The position numbers and the translations under genes are program-made. This document shows positions 10,437 through 22,300 of a DNA stretch of 64,000 bases, piece by piece; within the stretch, counting starts at the first letter, position 1, and each line of letters starts with the position of its first letter. The stretch lies in the IMG/VR virus record IMGVR_UViG_3300040960_001746. The stretch is one strand, 5' to 3'. The stretch is from a virus. The notes below the pieces were generated by a model. The model made no database searches, was not told the origin of the DNA, and saw only the letters and a program-made list of their open reading frames with translations.

Positions 10437-11339
10437 TTAGAATGGTAATTCATCGTCATCATCTAAGGATGATACCTCAACATCATTATCAATATCTTCA
10501 TCATCATTGTTATAATCAGACTCAAAAGATTTTGTAGTTTCAGTTCTCATCATATTGATTTCTTCTGACAATGAAGCAGTTTCCTTCTCTTCTTTATCCT
10601 CTTCCGCAACAAACTTCTTTTGTTCAGAATCCCAAATAGGAGTTTTATTTGTTGCAACGATTTCTAAATATTCATTAGATTTCTTAGCATATACATCCTT
10701 ATAGGTTTCTTCATTATTAAACCATTCGTTTGCATATTCTTTATTCTCAGTAAGAATAGTTACATCATCCGCCATAATAGAATTAACTACACTATGACCT
10801 TTATCATTCCTACCTGAAGTAATAATGATATCCCTACCCTCTCTAGGATCAGTGATATCACCTTTAAGTTTAAACACAGGGATTAGTTTATCCATTACAC
10901 CATCTCCTGTCTTTTTGTGTTTAAATCTCCAAAACTTAACTCCGTGATCCTCATTCTCTCTATCAATTCCTTTAACTACATAGAATTTTCTAGGGATGAA
11001 TTCTTTCGCCAAAGCTTTCGCTTTCTCAGAACCATCTTCATATAAAGCGTCTTTTGCTTCACATAATGGACAATGTTCACCATCATTTAAATGGTTACAA
11101 TAGATTTTTTCCCATTTTCCGTTTACATTTTTTTCGTGATAGTAAACTTCAGTAAATGGAGACTTACCATCTTTAGTAGGTAAGATTCTGAAAGTTTTTG
11201 TTTGTGTTTTTACCCCTTTAGGTAATTTTTCTGTGAAATACTTTTTAAGTCTGTCTTCATTCGACATTTTGTTTCCACTTTTAGTTGGTTCAGTGTTTTT
11301 TTCATACTGAGCCAAAATAGCATCTAAACTGTTACTCAT
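10437..11339 (-). CDS. Single-stranded DNA-binding protein (gp32-like)
   Basis: FRILP, C..H...HCPLCE Zn motif, DITDP..GRD, acidic tail ending DDDDELPF. Confidence 0.88.
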   Translation of the reverse strand: MSNSLDAILAQYEKNTEPTKSGNKMSNEDRLKKYFTEKLPKGVKTQTKTFRILPTKDGKSPFTEVYYHEKNVNGKWEKIYCNHLNDGEHCPLCEAKDALYEDGSEKAKALAKEFIPRKFYVVKGIDRENEDHGVKFWRFKHKKTGDGVMDKLIPVFKLKGDITDPREGRDIIITSGRNDKGHSVVNSIMADDVTILTENKEYANEWFNNEETYKDVYAKKSNEYLEIVATNKTPIWDSEQKKFVAEEDKEEKETASLSEEINMMRTETTKSFESDYNNDDEDIDNDVEVSSLDDDDELPF

Positions 11340-11368
11340 TGTATATATTTTTTAATTAATAATATACA

Positions 11369-11397
11369 ATATTACGTATAATTTCCCAAAAAGTCAA
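11369..11397 (-). promoter_or_regulatory. Early/middle promoter for the ssb-recA-exo-helicase-nrdJ operon
   Basis: TTGACT-N17-TAATAT (also reads TTG-N20-TAATATTG) directly after a terminator. Confidence 0.65.
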
Positions 11398-11412
11398 TAG
11401 GTGATAAAAAGA

Positions 11413-11436
11413 AAAACCCCACTTATGTGAGGTTTT
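11413..11436 (-). terminator. Intrinsic terminator
   Basis: Minus strand AAAACCTCAC-ataa-GTGGGGTTTT then T-run; near-identical to the terminator after the sheath gene. Confidence 0.8.
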
Positions 11437-11463
11437 AATTAAATATTTTATAATAAATTATTT

Positions 11464-12210
11464 TTATTCTTCTTTTTCTGAACCAAAGGACGCTCTTATT
11501 TCTTTTTCATCAAAATTATCAACATCACTTTGTGTTAATGTGAATTCTTCTTCCTCCTCTGTTTCATCATAACCTTCTTTATCTTTCCAATAATCAGTTA
11601 ATTTAACACTGTAAGGGAATGAATCCATCGATCTCATTTCTAACCTCTCCACAGGTGTAGGATTTCGTCTTTCGATTTCTTTTTCTAAGTCATCGATTTT
11701 ATTGATAACGTTATCCATTCCTGAAACTTGTGACTCTAATTCAGATAATTTAGCTAATAAATCATCCATCTTAGTACTAACACCATCAACAGAATTTTTT
11801 GTTTCTTCAGTTTTATCAACAATATCTGTTACATCTACTTCTACTGTATCTTCACTACCTAATGGTTCTTCAGTTGCAAATTCATCTTCTAACTCAGTAT
11901 CACCGAAAGGATCGGTTTCACCCTCAGTATCTGCACCTAACTCTGTTTCACCTTCAACGTCACCAAATGGGTCTTCTAAAGTTTCTTCTTCAGTGTCTGT
12001 AGTAGTATCCTCTACTTCTTCTGGTGTCTCTTCAGTATCTGCAAAAGGATCTTCTTCTTCCGCAGGTGGATCTTGTTCTGTTAACATATCGTCCAAAAGT
12101 AAATCACCATTAACATCTTTAGGGTCATCTTCTTCTGGTACATAGAAAGTATATTCCAATAACTGTCTATATCTTTTTAAATCTTCGGATAATAAATTTT
12201 TCTTACTCAT
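11464..12210 (-). CDS. Highly acidic coiled-coil protein, possible prohead core/scaffold or internal head protein
   Basis: N-terminal LLSEDLKRYRQLLE leader, long D/E-rich linker, heptad coiled coil. Confidence 0.6.
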   Translation of the reverse strand: MSKKNLLSEDLKRYRQLLEYTFYVPEEDDPKDVNGDLLLDDMLTEQDPPAEEEDPFADTEETPEEVEDTTTDTEEETLEDPFGDVEGETELGADTEGETDPFGDTELEDEFATEEPLGSEDTVEVDVTDIVDKTEETKNSVDGVSTKMDDLLAKLSELESQVSGMDNVINKIDDLEKEIERRNPTPVERLEMRSMDSFPYSVKLTDYWKDKEGYDETEEEEEFTLTQSDVDNFDEKEIRASFGSEKEE

Positions 12211-12211
12211 A

Positions 12212-12397
12212 TTACATTAATAGTTGTCTACCATCATTAGTCTTATAAACTTTGTTTACTCTCTCAACGATTTCTTTTCCATCATTAATCATACACTCTT
12301 CACCTTCACACTCCTTTTGTGTATTAGTGTCGTTAAGAAAATTATCTAATTTATTTCCCAAAGTTTCTTTTTCTTTAGTATCTTTTTTAGTTTCCAT
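12212..12397 (-). CDS. Hypothetical small protein
   Basis: 61-aa ORF preceded by the late motif at 12411-12419. Confidence 0.65.
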   Translation of the reverse strand: METKKDTKEKETLGNKLDNFLNDTNTQKECEGEECMINDGKEIVERVNKVYKTNDGRQLLM

Positions 12398-12426
12398 AAT
12401 ACTTTTTATTTATAAATATTAAGAAA

Positions 12427-12837
12427 TTAGGAAAAATCTCTATTAATTGTCAATATTTTTAATTCTTCATTTTTAATAATTAACATTTTATTTTGATAAT
12501 TATCCCAATCTATTTTTACATCTTGATGATTTATGTTCCCACTATCTGTATCACTTATAATTTCAATTAATTGATTAAGTGCATTGATCGTATAGAAACA
12601 TTCTCCTTTTTTATGTACAATAATCGTAGATGGGTAAAATGAACTTGTATCAACTCTTTGTCCTTGATTTAACCTAACCATAAAGGTTAAAATCTTTTTG
12701 TCTTCTTCGTTAAAAGTATATTGGAAAATATTTTTATCTAATATTTTAAATCTGTTGTATAGATATTTCTTAAAACTATCTATTTTATCCAAATATACAA
12801 AAGACGCTAGCGTTATAATTTTATTGTTCGATTCCAT
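12427..12837 (-). CDS. Hypothetical phage protein
   Basis: 136-aa ORF (VHKK...YTINALN motif) overlapping the upstream gene. Confidence 0.7.
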   Translation of the reverse strand: MESNNKIITLASFVYLDKIDSFKKYLYNRFKILDKNIFQYTFNEEDKKILTFMVRLNQGQRVDTSSFYPSTIIVHKKGECFYTINALNQLIEIISDTDSGNINHQDVKIDWDNYQNKMLIIKNEELKILTINRDFS

Positions 12838-13423
12838 AAGTATAAATGTAAGGAATATATCTGTTTTTGTTTTTTATTTTATAAATAAAATCCTTACATT
12901 TATTAAATATCTCAGAATCTATCAAAGTGTTATCTGTTAAATTTTTTATGGTTTTAATAACTTTTTCTTTTTTACCTTCAATTAATGATAAAACATTTAA
13001 ATCTATACCAAATATTAAGTTTTCACCATATATGTAAATCATATTATTCGGTGTTATATAAGTAGTTGGGTTTTTTAAACTCAATATTTTTCTTATAATT
13101 CTAAAGTTTACCATTTTTTTACCATATAATATATCCAAATAAACATATGGGATGTTTTCCCCAAAAGAATTATAACAAAAGGAAATAAATGAATCTAAAT
13201 CTGATTCATATTCTGATTTTCTTTCTTTTGTGGTGAAAGTCCAAAATAATTTAGAATTAATTTGTTTGTGTAAAATAGATACCCCATCTTCAACAAGTTC
13301 TTTTGTTTTTTCCCAACCAATAATTAACGTAGGTAACCTATCGTCAATGGTATCTAACTTACGACAAATCTTAAAGTTTTCTAACTCCAAATTAGAACTT
13401 GTTACTATATTTCCAACATACAT
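12821..13423 (-). CDS. Hypothetical phage protein
   Basis: 200-aa ORF (LPTLIIGW motif) directly behind a Bacteroidota-type promoter. Confidence 0.7.
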   Translation of the reverse strand: MYVGNIVTSSNLELENFKICRKLDTIDDRLPTLIIGWEKTKELVEDGVSILHKQINSKLFWTFTTKERKSEYESDLDSFISFCYNSFGENIPYVYLDILYGKKMVNFRIIRKILSLKNPTTYITPNNMIYIYGENLIFGIDLNVLSLIEGKKEKVIKTIKNLTDNTLIDSEIFNKCKDFIYKIKNKNRYIPYIYTYGIEQ

Positions 13424-13427
13424 ATTA

Positions 13428-13458
13428 CAAATATAATAATTTTTTTGTAAAAAACAAA
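13428..13458 (-). promoter_or_regulatory. Bacteroidota sigmaA-type promoter (-33 TTTG / -7 TAnnTTTG)
   Basis: Minus strand TTTG-N19-TATATTTG, 4 nt before the ATG at 13423. Confidence 0.75.
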
Positions 13459-16400
13459 TTAAGGATTAAAGAAATCAATTAGTGGTTCTCCTTCATAAGT
13501 AAATTTATTTAATACTTTTTGAAAAACTTTTGCGGATTCCTCAATACTTTTAGGTTTAAATTGTTGTGACGCCAATCTCGATTGATTAAACGAAGTAAAC
13601 GAACCTAACCTACCACCAACCTTGTTTTTTGTGTAGTCTGATCCAGTATAATCATTTTCGTCTTTAATATTTTTCCAAACTTTATAGGTTATTTCAAACT
13701 TTCTTTGGAATGTGGATTGTGTATAACTTTGTGGTGAATTAATTGCTTCTTCACCAAATAAGTCAAAATATTGTTTTCTACCTATCATATATAAGAATCC
13801 TACTGGACGATACATATATTCGTCTCCTTGAAAAATGTTATAATACTTTAAAGTATCTAATTTTGTGATTATTTTACCTTCATTATCAAACTCAACTTTG
13901 TTAAATTCTATTAAAGAAGGTGGTGTAGATCCTTGATAAAAATAAGCTATTTCTGAATTTTCAAAACTAGTTGTAGTTGCAGTAGTAGTAGGTGTATATG
14001 TGAAATATTTATTGCTTGAATCTGAGATAATATTACTACTCTCTTGATATGCTTTAGTTTCACCAGAAAACTCTACATTATTAGGATATTTAAGTTCATT
14101 ATCAGAAAATTCATCATTCGACCAATTAAAATCTTCATCTTGAAAATTGTTTGAATTAGCGAGTGCATTTGCAAAAAACATCGCAACATCTGCGTTAGTT
14201 GATCCATTTATAGTAGTTTTAATAAATTCAATATCATCATTATTTAAATTATCTGTTACCGTTTTAGGTACTCCTATACCATTTAATGTTTCAATAGTTA
14301 TCTGTCCAACCTCAAATTCTAAACCAGCCAATTCAGAATTAACACCAATACTATAAATCTGATTTGTATTATTTAAATTAGTAAACTCTATTTTAGGTAT
14401 CTCATTTGTCGCATTTAAATCGATATCAATGTCCGCAGTTATAGATGTTGTGGGTGGTGATATATATTTAGATTGTCGTACACCTTGAAAATTAGTTGTC
14501 ATATGATTAGGTGTAATACTGTGACTAACACTAGTAATCAAATATGCCCCATTAAAGAATGGTACGTTTTGTAAATCAAAATACATTAATGGTTGTATAT
14601 TCATACATCCCAACGCATCAACTTGACACGTATAGGATCTTGTTTTAAACAATCTTAATAAATCAGTACCCTGATATGTTTTTTGTGTTGCACCTCTTTT
14701 ATCAATTAAATCAGATAAAGCTCTAAAGTATTCACCCGTTTCTTTATGTTCTTGTTGATTTAATGAAACATTTTTAAATATAGTTTGGTTTTGTGCCCCA
14801 AATGCAACCCTAAACGCTACCAATGAAAAATCATCTTCAATATCACTCGCCTTATTTGTGTCTACCATATCGGGTGGTAATTCTCCATTTTTAAACGCAT
14901 AACCATCATTGTTAAAATAATAATTATTTGTTTCTTTTATATCTAAAACTTGTGATGCACCACCTACATATATACAACAATAAACTGGTCCTGATGAATC
15001 AGGTGACTCTAAAGTGGTAAAAGGTCTAAACATTTTTGCAACCTCTGTGGATTCTTTATAGTTAATGTAACTAGGTAGTATTTGGAATAAAAAGTTACTG
15101 TCTCTTAATAATTTAGACATAAAGAAATAAACACTTGTATCTTGATTATTCCCTAAACTTAAAAAACTATTTAAATTTATTGTTGCATCGCCACCAATAT
15201 CTCTCCACCCTCTATCTATAAACTTAAAGTATTGAATTAAATCTCTATCTCCTCCACCACAAACATTAAAACTTTTTTCTGTATCAGATACCCATTTGTC
15301 ATTAATATTTTTAAAATAGTTATATATTTGTAATTTTATCTCTTTTTTGTTTTTTTCACTAAGTTTTTGTTTTTCTTCCTCTACATTATTACCACTAGTA
15401 TCACTATTATCATTAGATTTTTTAGAGAAAAGTTCTGAGAATTTATTTATGTATTCATCTATATTATTAATTGTGATAAATAATTTATTTTTCCTATTTT
15501 TATCAAAAATGTTAGGATTTAATATTATAAGTTCTGTAGTTTTTGTTAATCTTTCAATTAGATAACTTTCTGTTGATCCTATATCGGTAGGTGTGTCACT
15601 AACATAATTATCTAATTCGGATTCAAACTTACCTGTCTGTGTTGAATTAAAATTAAGTTTCACCCAATCTTTAAATTTGTTTATTAATGCGTTTTTAACA
15701 CTAATAGGTAAATTTATCAATTCATCTTCTAATGGTATATCTTTAGACTCTTTAGACTTATAATAACTTATTTTAGTAGGGTAATTATCTTTACCTGTTT
15801 CAAAATTTGTATAATTCGTCCAAACTAATGGATCAGTATTTTCCTTATATCTCCATAATAATGAACCCAAGTAATAAACATATAATTCAGGTAACTTAAC
15901 AATTCTCGCCCCAACGAATTTATCATTAGGGAATAACGAATTTATAAACCCTTTTTTAAAGTCTCTATATGGAATTGTTGATAACAATAAATACCCCCTA
16001 CCAAAAATGTTTTGTTGTGCATAAAAATCATTACCCGTAAAAGTTTCTTCGTACTCTGTTTCGGTGTCATCACTAAAATATGTTTTATTCAAATATTTCC
16101 CTGTAGTGTCTCCAGTAGAAGATTTAACATCTATGTTTACTAATTTTACGTTTTCAAATTTAGTTATCTTAACATTTTTAGTGTTTAAATCTGATGCGGT
16201 ATTTGATGATTTTAATAGATTGTTACCTATTGATTCATCCCAAACATTATATATGTTATTAGTATAAAGATTATTACTTGACACATATTTAGTTTCATAT
16301 ATTAAATCACCCTCATATTCTTTCTTAGTGAATTTACTTTCGTCTTCAGGAAAAAATTTACTGTATTCAGTTGATTGCCTTATACTATCCCAAAGTTTGC

Positions 16401-19026
16401 TAGAGTTGTTTATAATGTCACTATAATTTTTACCGAATAAAATATAATCTATATTTGGGTTATCGTAATTTAACCCAAACTCAATGTCACCTATCTTTGG
16501 TTGTACCCCATCACCTTCTTTTAGTGCGTATGTTATAACACCATCATCCTCAACAACAATATTTTTAAAGAAATCTGTTTTACCTATTAAACTATTAGAC
16601 CCAAATTTATCCCCATCATTTTTTACCCTATCGATTATTTTATTGATAACTAAAACTGTTTGATTATTTACTTTTACGGATTCAAAAGCGTTAATTGCAT
16701 CAAATTTCGCATAATCACTAAATAAACCACCTGTAGTTGTATCAAAATTAGAATAATTTTGCCATAACGCAATTCTAGTTAACATTTGTTGTGTAAAATA
16801 TTCAATGATTTCTTTTTCTGTATTTAAAAATCTCAAATTTAAAAATGGATTAACATCATAATCCATAGGATTAATAGGAAACCAATTATCTGTATCAGTA
16901 CCATTATTTAATACACTAGTTTTAGTAATTTGTTGTAGTTCTTCTCTTTTTGATATGAAATTATCGAATACCCTTTCAACAAAATCATATTCAGGGAATT
17001 TATTTCTAGTGACACCTCTTACATCACCAATATAGATTTCTTTTTGCGCTTCTCCATCACTACTACTATAGAAAGAAGGCCAAGCAATAGATTTATTATT
17101 GTCTGACAAATTATTTAACAATGTATCAGGTATATCGGTTTGTTGTCTCTTAATTATATTATTTCTTTGTGAACCTAAATTTTCACTAGATTTAGTTATT
17201 TCATAAATCGTTTCAACCATTGCTTGTGTGTTATTGGATAACACTTCAAAACAAGTTTTTATTGTGGGTTTAAATTCATTTTCAGAATCATTAGATTTAT
17301 TAAATAATTTTTCGTTTAAGTCTTCTTGTACAATTTGTTGTTGTGATTTTATAATACTTTCTAAAGATTGTATTTCATTTTCAAGTTTTTCTCTAATTTC
17401 TCTAAAATCTGCAACTACTACAACTGTCTCTGGTAACATATTGTTATTAAAATATGTATTTTCACCAACTACAGTTTTAAAATTATTTATATCGAAATTA
17501 GTATTTACACTGTTACCGTCTTCATAATTTTTTTTCAAGTATATTTCATTCGTTGGTGTTGTCATATAGGATAATACCCTTTCTAATGAAAATCTTTGAT
17601 CTAAAATCAATTTATCGTTTGGTTTTTGGGAGTCAATTACAAAATTTTTCCAGTTATCTTCACTATTCTCAACTATATTAAATAACCCAATAAATTCTTT
17701 GTCTTTTGGCGTATCTAAATAATTAATAACACTATTTATCTTATTACCTAATTTACCTTGATTTTTGTCACCTACTACCTTCTTAAGATTAGTTAAACTG
17801 TCTGTATTAGTATATTGTTGGTTTCTATCGTCAGTAATATATTCATTATATTTAGTAACAATATCATTTAATGTGTTAATATAATTTTTAAAATTACCAA
17901 TAGATATACTATTAATTAAAAGATAATCCCTAATAGAAAAATAGTTAGTCCTATTAATTAATAAACTATCATTTATCCCACTAGTATCTATTTCTGTTCT
18001 ACTATTATTTATTTTTAGATAATCTTTAGTTGTTCCATCGACATTAGATTGATCGGTTGAATCAGACTCTTTGGTTATCGGTGTACCTATAAATGATTGT
18101 AATTCTTTTAGTATACTTTTTTTACCATTTAAGAATTTTAATGTTTTAAATGTATCTAAATCATCTTTTAGTGATTCTGACTCTACTTTAAGTTTTGATA
18201 TTCTTGTAAAGAAATCATCTAATTTTCTTATATTTAATTTACCTACCCTTTGTAATTCTTCTAAACTTTTACCTTCACCATTAGAACTTAAACCAAAACC
18301 ATTATTAGTCCTATTATAAATTTCATTTAATTTATTATATCCCTCTTTTGTATTAATAACACCAACAATATTTCCAATTACCATATCATTAAGAAACGCT
18401 TGTTGGAAACCTAAAAAGTTTGCACTTATATCAAAATTACCAGTAGCACCATCAAATTGAGAATTCCAATTAGTCATATGTAGACAGTAATCTACCTTTT
18501 GCCCGAAATAACCTTTAACTGAGAGTTGGAAAACAGGGTAAGGCATTTTAAAAAATATAGAGTATGGTGATTTAATATCATCATTACCTAAAACATCAAA
18601 CAATGCACTACCTCTTACATCTGTAAATGTTATATCCACTACAGGTACTAAACTAGCACTATACTTTATATTAATAGATTTAATACCAAAACCTTCTAAT
18701 ATACCAGAACTTCTAGTATCTTCACCTTTAAACCCACTTATATTTGTCCAATCAGTAGTTGCATATGTTTGTTGTGGGTTAGGATCTAACTTACCTTCAT
18801 TGTTATATCTTATTTTTGTTGATATAAAGTTAACCTCATCCTCAACACCTCTAGTCGTAAAACCTTCTCCATTATATGTTACCCTATTTCTAGGGTATGC
18901 AGAAAATTTAACATATATAAACATATCTTCAGGTGGTATAATATCATTTTGTATTGGATTTGGATCTACAACGAATACCTTACCTTTACCATTACCACTA
19001 CCAATTTCTTCTACGTTTTCTGCCAT
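13459..19026 (-). CDS. Very large baseplate hub/tail-tip protein with degenerate C-terminal GH19-like lysozyme domain
   Basis: N-terminal hub-like region (FGIKSINI..VDITFTDVRG), late-control-D-like C-terminal segment (GAYLITSVSHSI...TTNFQGVR), GH19-like remnant; follows gp53-like gene. Confidence 0.7.
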   Translation of the reverse strand: MAENVEEIGSGNGKGKVFVVDPNPIQNDIIPPEDMFIYVKFSAYPRNRVTYNGEGFTTRGVEDEVNFISTKIRYNNEGKLDPNPQQTYATTDWTNISGFKGEDTRSSGILEGFGIKSINIKYSASLVPVVDITFTDVRGSALFDVLGNDDIKSPYSIFFKMPYPVFQLSVKGYFGQKVDYCLHMTNWNSQFDGATGNFDISANFLGFQQAFLNDMVIGNIVGVINTKEGYNKLNEIYNRTNNGFGLSSNGEGKSLEELQRVGKLNIRKLDDFFTRISKLKVESESLKDDLDTFKTLKFLNGKKSILKELQSFIGTPITKESDSTDQSNVDGTTKDYLKINNSRTEIDTSGINDSLLINRTNYFSIRDYLLINSISIGNFKNYINTLNDIVTKYNEYITDDRNQQYTNTDSLTNLKKVVGDKNQGKLGNKINSVINYLDTPKDKEFIGLFNIVENSEDNWKNFVIDSQKPNDKLILDQRFSLERVLSYMTTPTNEIYLKKNYEDGNSVNTNFDINNFKTVVGENTYFNNNMLPETVVVVADFREIREKLENEIQSLESIIKSQQQIVQEDLNEKLFNKSNDSENEFKPTIKTCFEVLSNNTQAMVETIYEITKSSENLGSQRNNIIKRQQTDIPDTLLNNLSDNNKSIAWPSFYSSSDGEAQKEIYIGDVRGVTRNKFPEYDFVERVFDNFISKREELQQITKTSVLNNGTDTDNWFPINPMDYDVNPFLNLRFLNTEKEIIEYFTQQMLTRIALWQNYSNFDTTTGGLFSDYAKFDAINAFESVKVNNQTVLVINKIIDRVKNDGDKFGSNSLIGKTDFFKNIVVEDDGVITYALKEGDGVQPKIGDIEFGLNYDNPNIDYILFGKNYSDIINNSSKLWDSIRQSTEYSKFFPEDESKFTKKEYEGDLIYETKYVSSNNLYTNNIYNVWDESIGNNLLKSSNTASDLNTKNVKITKFENVKLVNIDVKSSTGDTTGKYLNKTYFSDDTETEYEETFTGNDFYAQQNIFGRGYLLLSTIPYRDFKKGFINSLFPNDKFVGARIVKLPELYVYYLGSLLWRYKENTDPLVWTNYTNFETGKDNYPTKISYYKSKESKDIPLEDELINLPISVKNALINKFKDWVKLNFNSTQTGKFESELDNYVSDTPTDIGSTESYLIERLTKTTELIILNPNIFDKNRKNKLFITINNIDEYINKFSELFSKKSNDNSDTSGNNVEEEKQKLSEKNKKEIKLQIYNYFKNINDKWVSDTEKSFNVCGGGDRDLIQYFKFIDRGWRDIGGDATINLNSFLSLGNNQDTSVYFFMSKLLRDSNFLFQILPSYINYKESTEVAKMFRPFTTLESPDSSGPVYCCIYVGGASQVLDIKETNNYYFNNDGYAFKNGELPPDMVDTNKASDIEDDFSLVAFRVAFGAQNQTIFKNVSLNQQEHKETGEYFRALSDLIDKRGATQKTYQGTDLLRLFKTRSYTCQVDALGCMNIQPLMYFDLQNVPFFNGAYLITSVSHSITPNHMTTNFQGVRQSKYISPPTTSITADIDIDLNATNEIPKIEFTNLNNTNQIYSIGVNSELAGLEFEVGQITIETLNGIGVPKTVTDNLNNDDIEFIKTTINGSTNADVAMFFANALANSNNFQDEDFNWSNDEFSDNELKYPNNVEFSGETKAYQESSNIISDSSNKYFTYTPTTTATTTSFENSEIAYFYQGSTPPSLIEFNKVEFDNEGKIITKLDTLKYYNIFQGDEYMYRPVGFLYMIGRKQYFDLFGEEAINSPQSYTQSTFQRKFEITYKVWKNIKDENDYTGSDYTKNKVGGRLGSFTSFNQSRLASQQFKPKSIEESAKVFQKVLNKFTYEGEPLIDFFNP

Positions 19027-19039
19027 AAAAAACTATTTT

Positions 19040-19363
19040 TTAAATACCATATAAAGTTTTATATTCTTCTACTTTATCTATGTATTCTTGTAAACTATCT
19101 CTAAATGGAAAGGGTACTACAATAATTTCGTCATCAGGAATATTTTCTTCTACACCACCATATTGTGGGTTTGCCAATAAAATTAACCACCCATGATATG
19201 GATTATCATAGTATATTTGACTTAGTTTATCTAATCTACTAAATTGAGATCTATAAACAACAGTTTTATCTGTAGGTTTAGTATCTAATTTTATAAACGG
19301 TAATGGTTTATATGACCCATTAACTTTAAATTTTTGATATCTATCGTAATATTCTTTTCCCAT
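19040..19363 (-). CDS. Baseplate wedge gp53 / LysM-like tail protein X
   Basis: RLDKLSQIYYDNPYHGWLILLANP motif. Confidence 0.85.
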   Translation of the reverse strand: MGKEYYDRYQKFKVNGSYKPLPFIKLDTKPTDKTVVYRSQFSRLDKLSQIYYDNPYHGWLILLANPQYGGVEENIPDDEIIVVPFPFRDSLQEYIDKVEEYKTLYGI

Positions 19364-19368
19364 CTATA

Positions 19369-22300
19369 TTAAGTTAACCCCTGACTTGTTATTGTAAACG
19401 TTTTAACTTTTCTAGTTTTACTTTTATTTTCAGTTAAAAACGCAGTAACTTTAATACTATCTTTTTTACCTTTTTTATATTCTTTTAAATCTTTTTCTTT
19501 TTCATTAAAATCTTTTTGTGCGTTTTCATATGCATCTTTATAATCTTTTGTTTTAAATGTTTTGAAATTCGTTTTTGCGGTTTCTAATGTTTGTGATGCA
19601 TCTGAAAGAGAATTTTCTAATTCTTCTAACTCATCAGGATTAACTAAATTATTAGACTCAAAATCTACATTTATATCAACAGTACTATCCGATGTTCCAT
19701 TAACATTATTTAATGTTTCATCTAAATTATTAAATTTATACCCTAATTTATTAGAAGGGTTAGGATCACTACCTTTAACAATCACATCTTTAGGTTCTTT
19801 TCCATCTTTAGTTTTAATAGTTATTTTTGATTTCCCATCACTTATTATTTCCAAAAGATCATCTCCATTACCATCTGCATCATCTGAATTGTTTTCCGCA
19901 TCTTTTTCTTGTTTTACTGTACCCTCATTTTTCAAATCTTCAACTAACTGATTCAATCCTGCTTCCCCTAAAATATCTTTTCTTATCTCACTTAATTTAA
20001 TACCATCATTTAATTTACCATCCTGTATGTAATCTGCCCTCGGTTCATATATTTCAGTATTTGCATAGTAGTTAAATGAAACTGCATTCTGTAATCTATT
20101 AATCGGACCTTCCAAAGAATGTCCACCAATTAAATCAATAGATAATTGTACAGATGCTATCATAGGTTGTACCCCAATACCTTCGGGATTCAAATCAAAT
20201 TGCGGCCCATCATAAGTTATAGATAAACTATTTATTTTAATTTTAGTGTGAAAGAAATCACCAATTCTGAGAATACATATTGGTGGTCTACCAAATGCTA
20301 AATTCTGAGGTTGTATATCTGAACCCTTATCATATATACTTGGTCCTTGTCTCATACATTGATTAAGGAATGTTAATCTACTATTTAAACCTTCAGGTGT
20401 TATACTATGAAATCCTGGTTGGAAATATTTAATCTTTTCAGAAATAGTTTTAAAGTAGTTTGGGTAATTTCCATCTATAAAATCAAAATACGCACTTTCA
20501 TCAATTAACAAACTATCTATAGCTTTAACTTCTTCAGGGTCATAAGTACCTGCTGCATTTTGTTTTTCTTCTTCTTTAGGTTCTACAGATTTAGAATTAT
20601 CGGGATCGTTTTCCCATGTAACTTCTACTATTTCTGCGTTACCTACAACTCCATTTGTTACGTATTTTATATTTTTAGTACCTATTTCTGATATTAAGTT
20701 ACTTTTTATTAAATCCGCCCTTTCTTTGGCAATTTTTTTCGATTCACTAGAATAACCATCTATAGTTATCTTGATTTCTGGGTCAGAAGAAGTTAATTGT
20801 TCTTTTAAGAATTCTTCAATTTCACTTAATATTTTATCAAGATCAGACACATTATATTCTTTGTCACTCGGTTCACATTCACTATTATCAGTAGGGCATA
20901 TATAATTTATAGTTCCCTCAGATTGTTTTTTTTCTAAGTTAGTAACCTTTTGTGATTTCTTTTCTTTAAGTTTTTTAAGGATTTCTTCTTTTGTCGATTG
21001 TGATACTGTAGAATCTAAAGACCTTAAAAAATCTTCAGGTGTAACACAACCCGCCATAAAACGTTCAATAAGATTATTACTTTTACCTCTATACCCATTA
21101 ATAACTCTTGGGTGATCGACTAATATTTTAAATGATAACGATGCACTTCTAGTTGTATTATTGTATGTATAAACAGGTTCACTTCTACCAATAAACTCAG
21201 TAGATGTCCAATTCGCATTTGAGTTCTCATCAAAGGTTAACCCATAAGGTGGGAACCACATTATTCTACCTTTATTACCACTCAAAACATCACCCGGTCC
21301 AATTTCACTAATAGGTAAATCCGCCAAATTATCCGCCCACGCTAAATTTTCTATTGAAAACATAAATTTCTTTCTAGTAGTAGTAGAGTCTAATTTAGTT
21401 GGGTGGTACTTTGGGATACCACTATCTAAAAGGACACTTTTTTCTTTTTCTGTTGTATCAGTAGAAAAACCATTAAGTCCTTCGGGTGATGTAAATAACC
21501 CAGTATTCCTTATTGCCCTTAGATAATTATATCTATCATTAACAGTCCATACTCTACAATAATTACCATTAGATTCCGCATCAATTAATAATGATTCACT
21601 AATTGCATTACCTCTACTAATTAATCTATTTTGTTTTTTATCTTTAAAGAATTTTTTAGTTTGATTTATATATACACTATCTTGGTTATTATCAACCAAT
21701 TGTTGTGTTTTATATAATAACGTTTTTTCATTAAAGTTTTGTTCACCACCAGTAGTCCAAAAGAATTTATTTGGTTCACCAAAGGGTTCTGAAATTCCCT
21801 CAATGGATGTTCTTTGTCCATTTCCCGTTGTGTCTACCTCACCATTGAAATCTGAACTATCAAAAGTTTTTGTTACTAATGCACCCCTATTAGTATTTTT
21901 TTCAGTACCAATATAATATCTACCATTAGTACCTTCATCTGATGTCCCAACAAATCTACTATCTTCATATAAAGGTCTATAAGGATTTCTATTTAATAAT
22001 TCAAATGCGAACTTAACCTGATCGATACCAGTTCTACTTAATAAAGTTTTCATTCTGATTTCAGTACCCATTGTTGGTTCTACACCTTCACCTTCATCAG
22101 TTGATCCACCATTTATTTTAGTACTAGTATTATATTCATTCCACCCAATCGCATCATTTGGTAAAGTATTAAAGAATTGGTTATTTCCTCTTAAGGTATC
22201 AACATAGTTATCTTTAACATTACCAACAGGTTCTGTAATACTAACAGTTTGATCAGTTTCAACTTGTGATATTTTATCAACAATTGTTTTTTCCAATTGT

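Noticed and set aside
20700-20780. OmpA-like peptidoglycan-binding domain in the 1152-aa baseplate protein (ITIDGYSS...AKERA)
   Set aside because: Only a partial match with the central conserved segment missing; cannot be supported without a profile search
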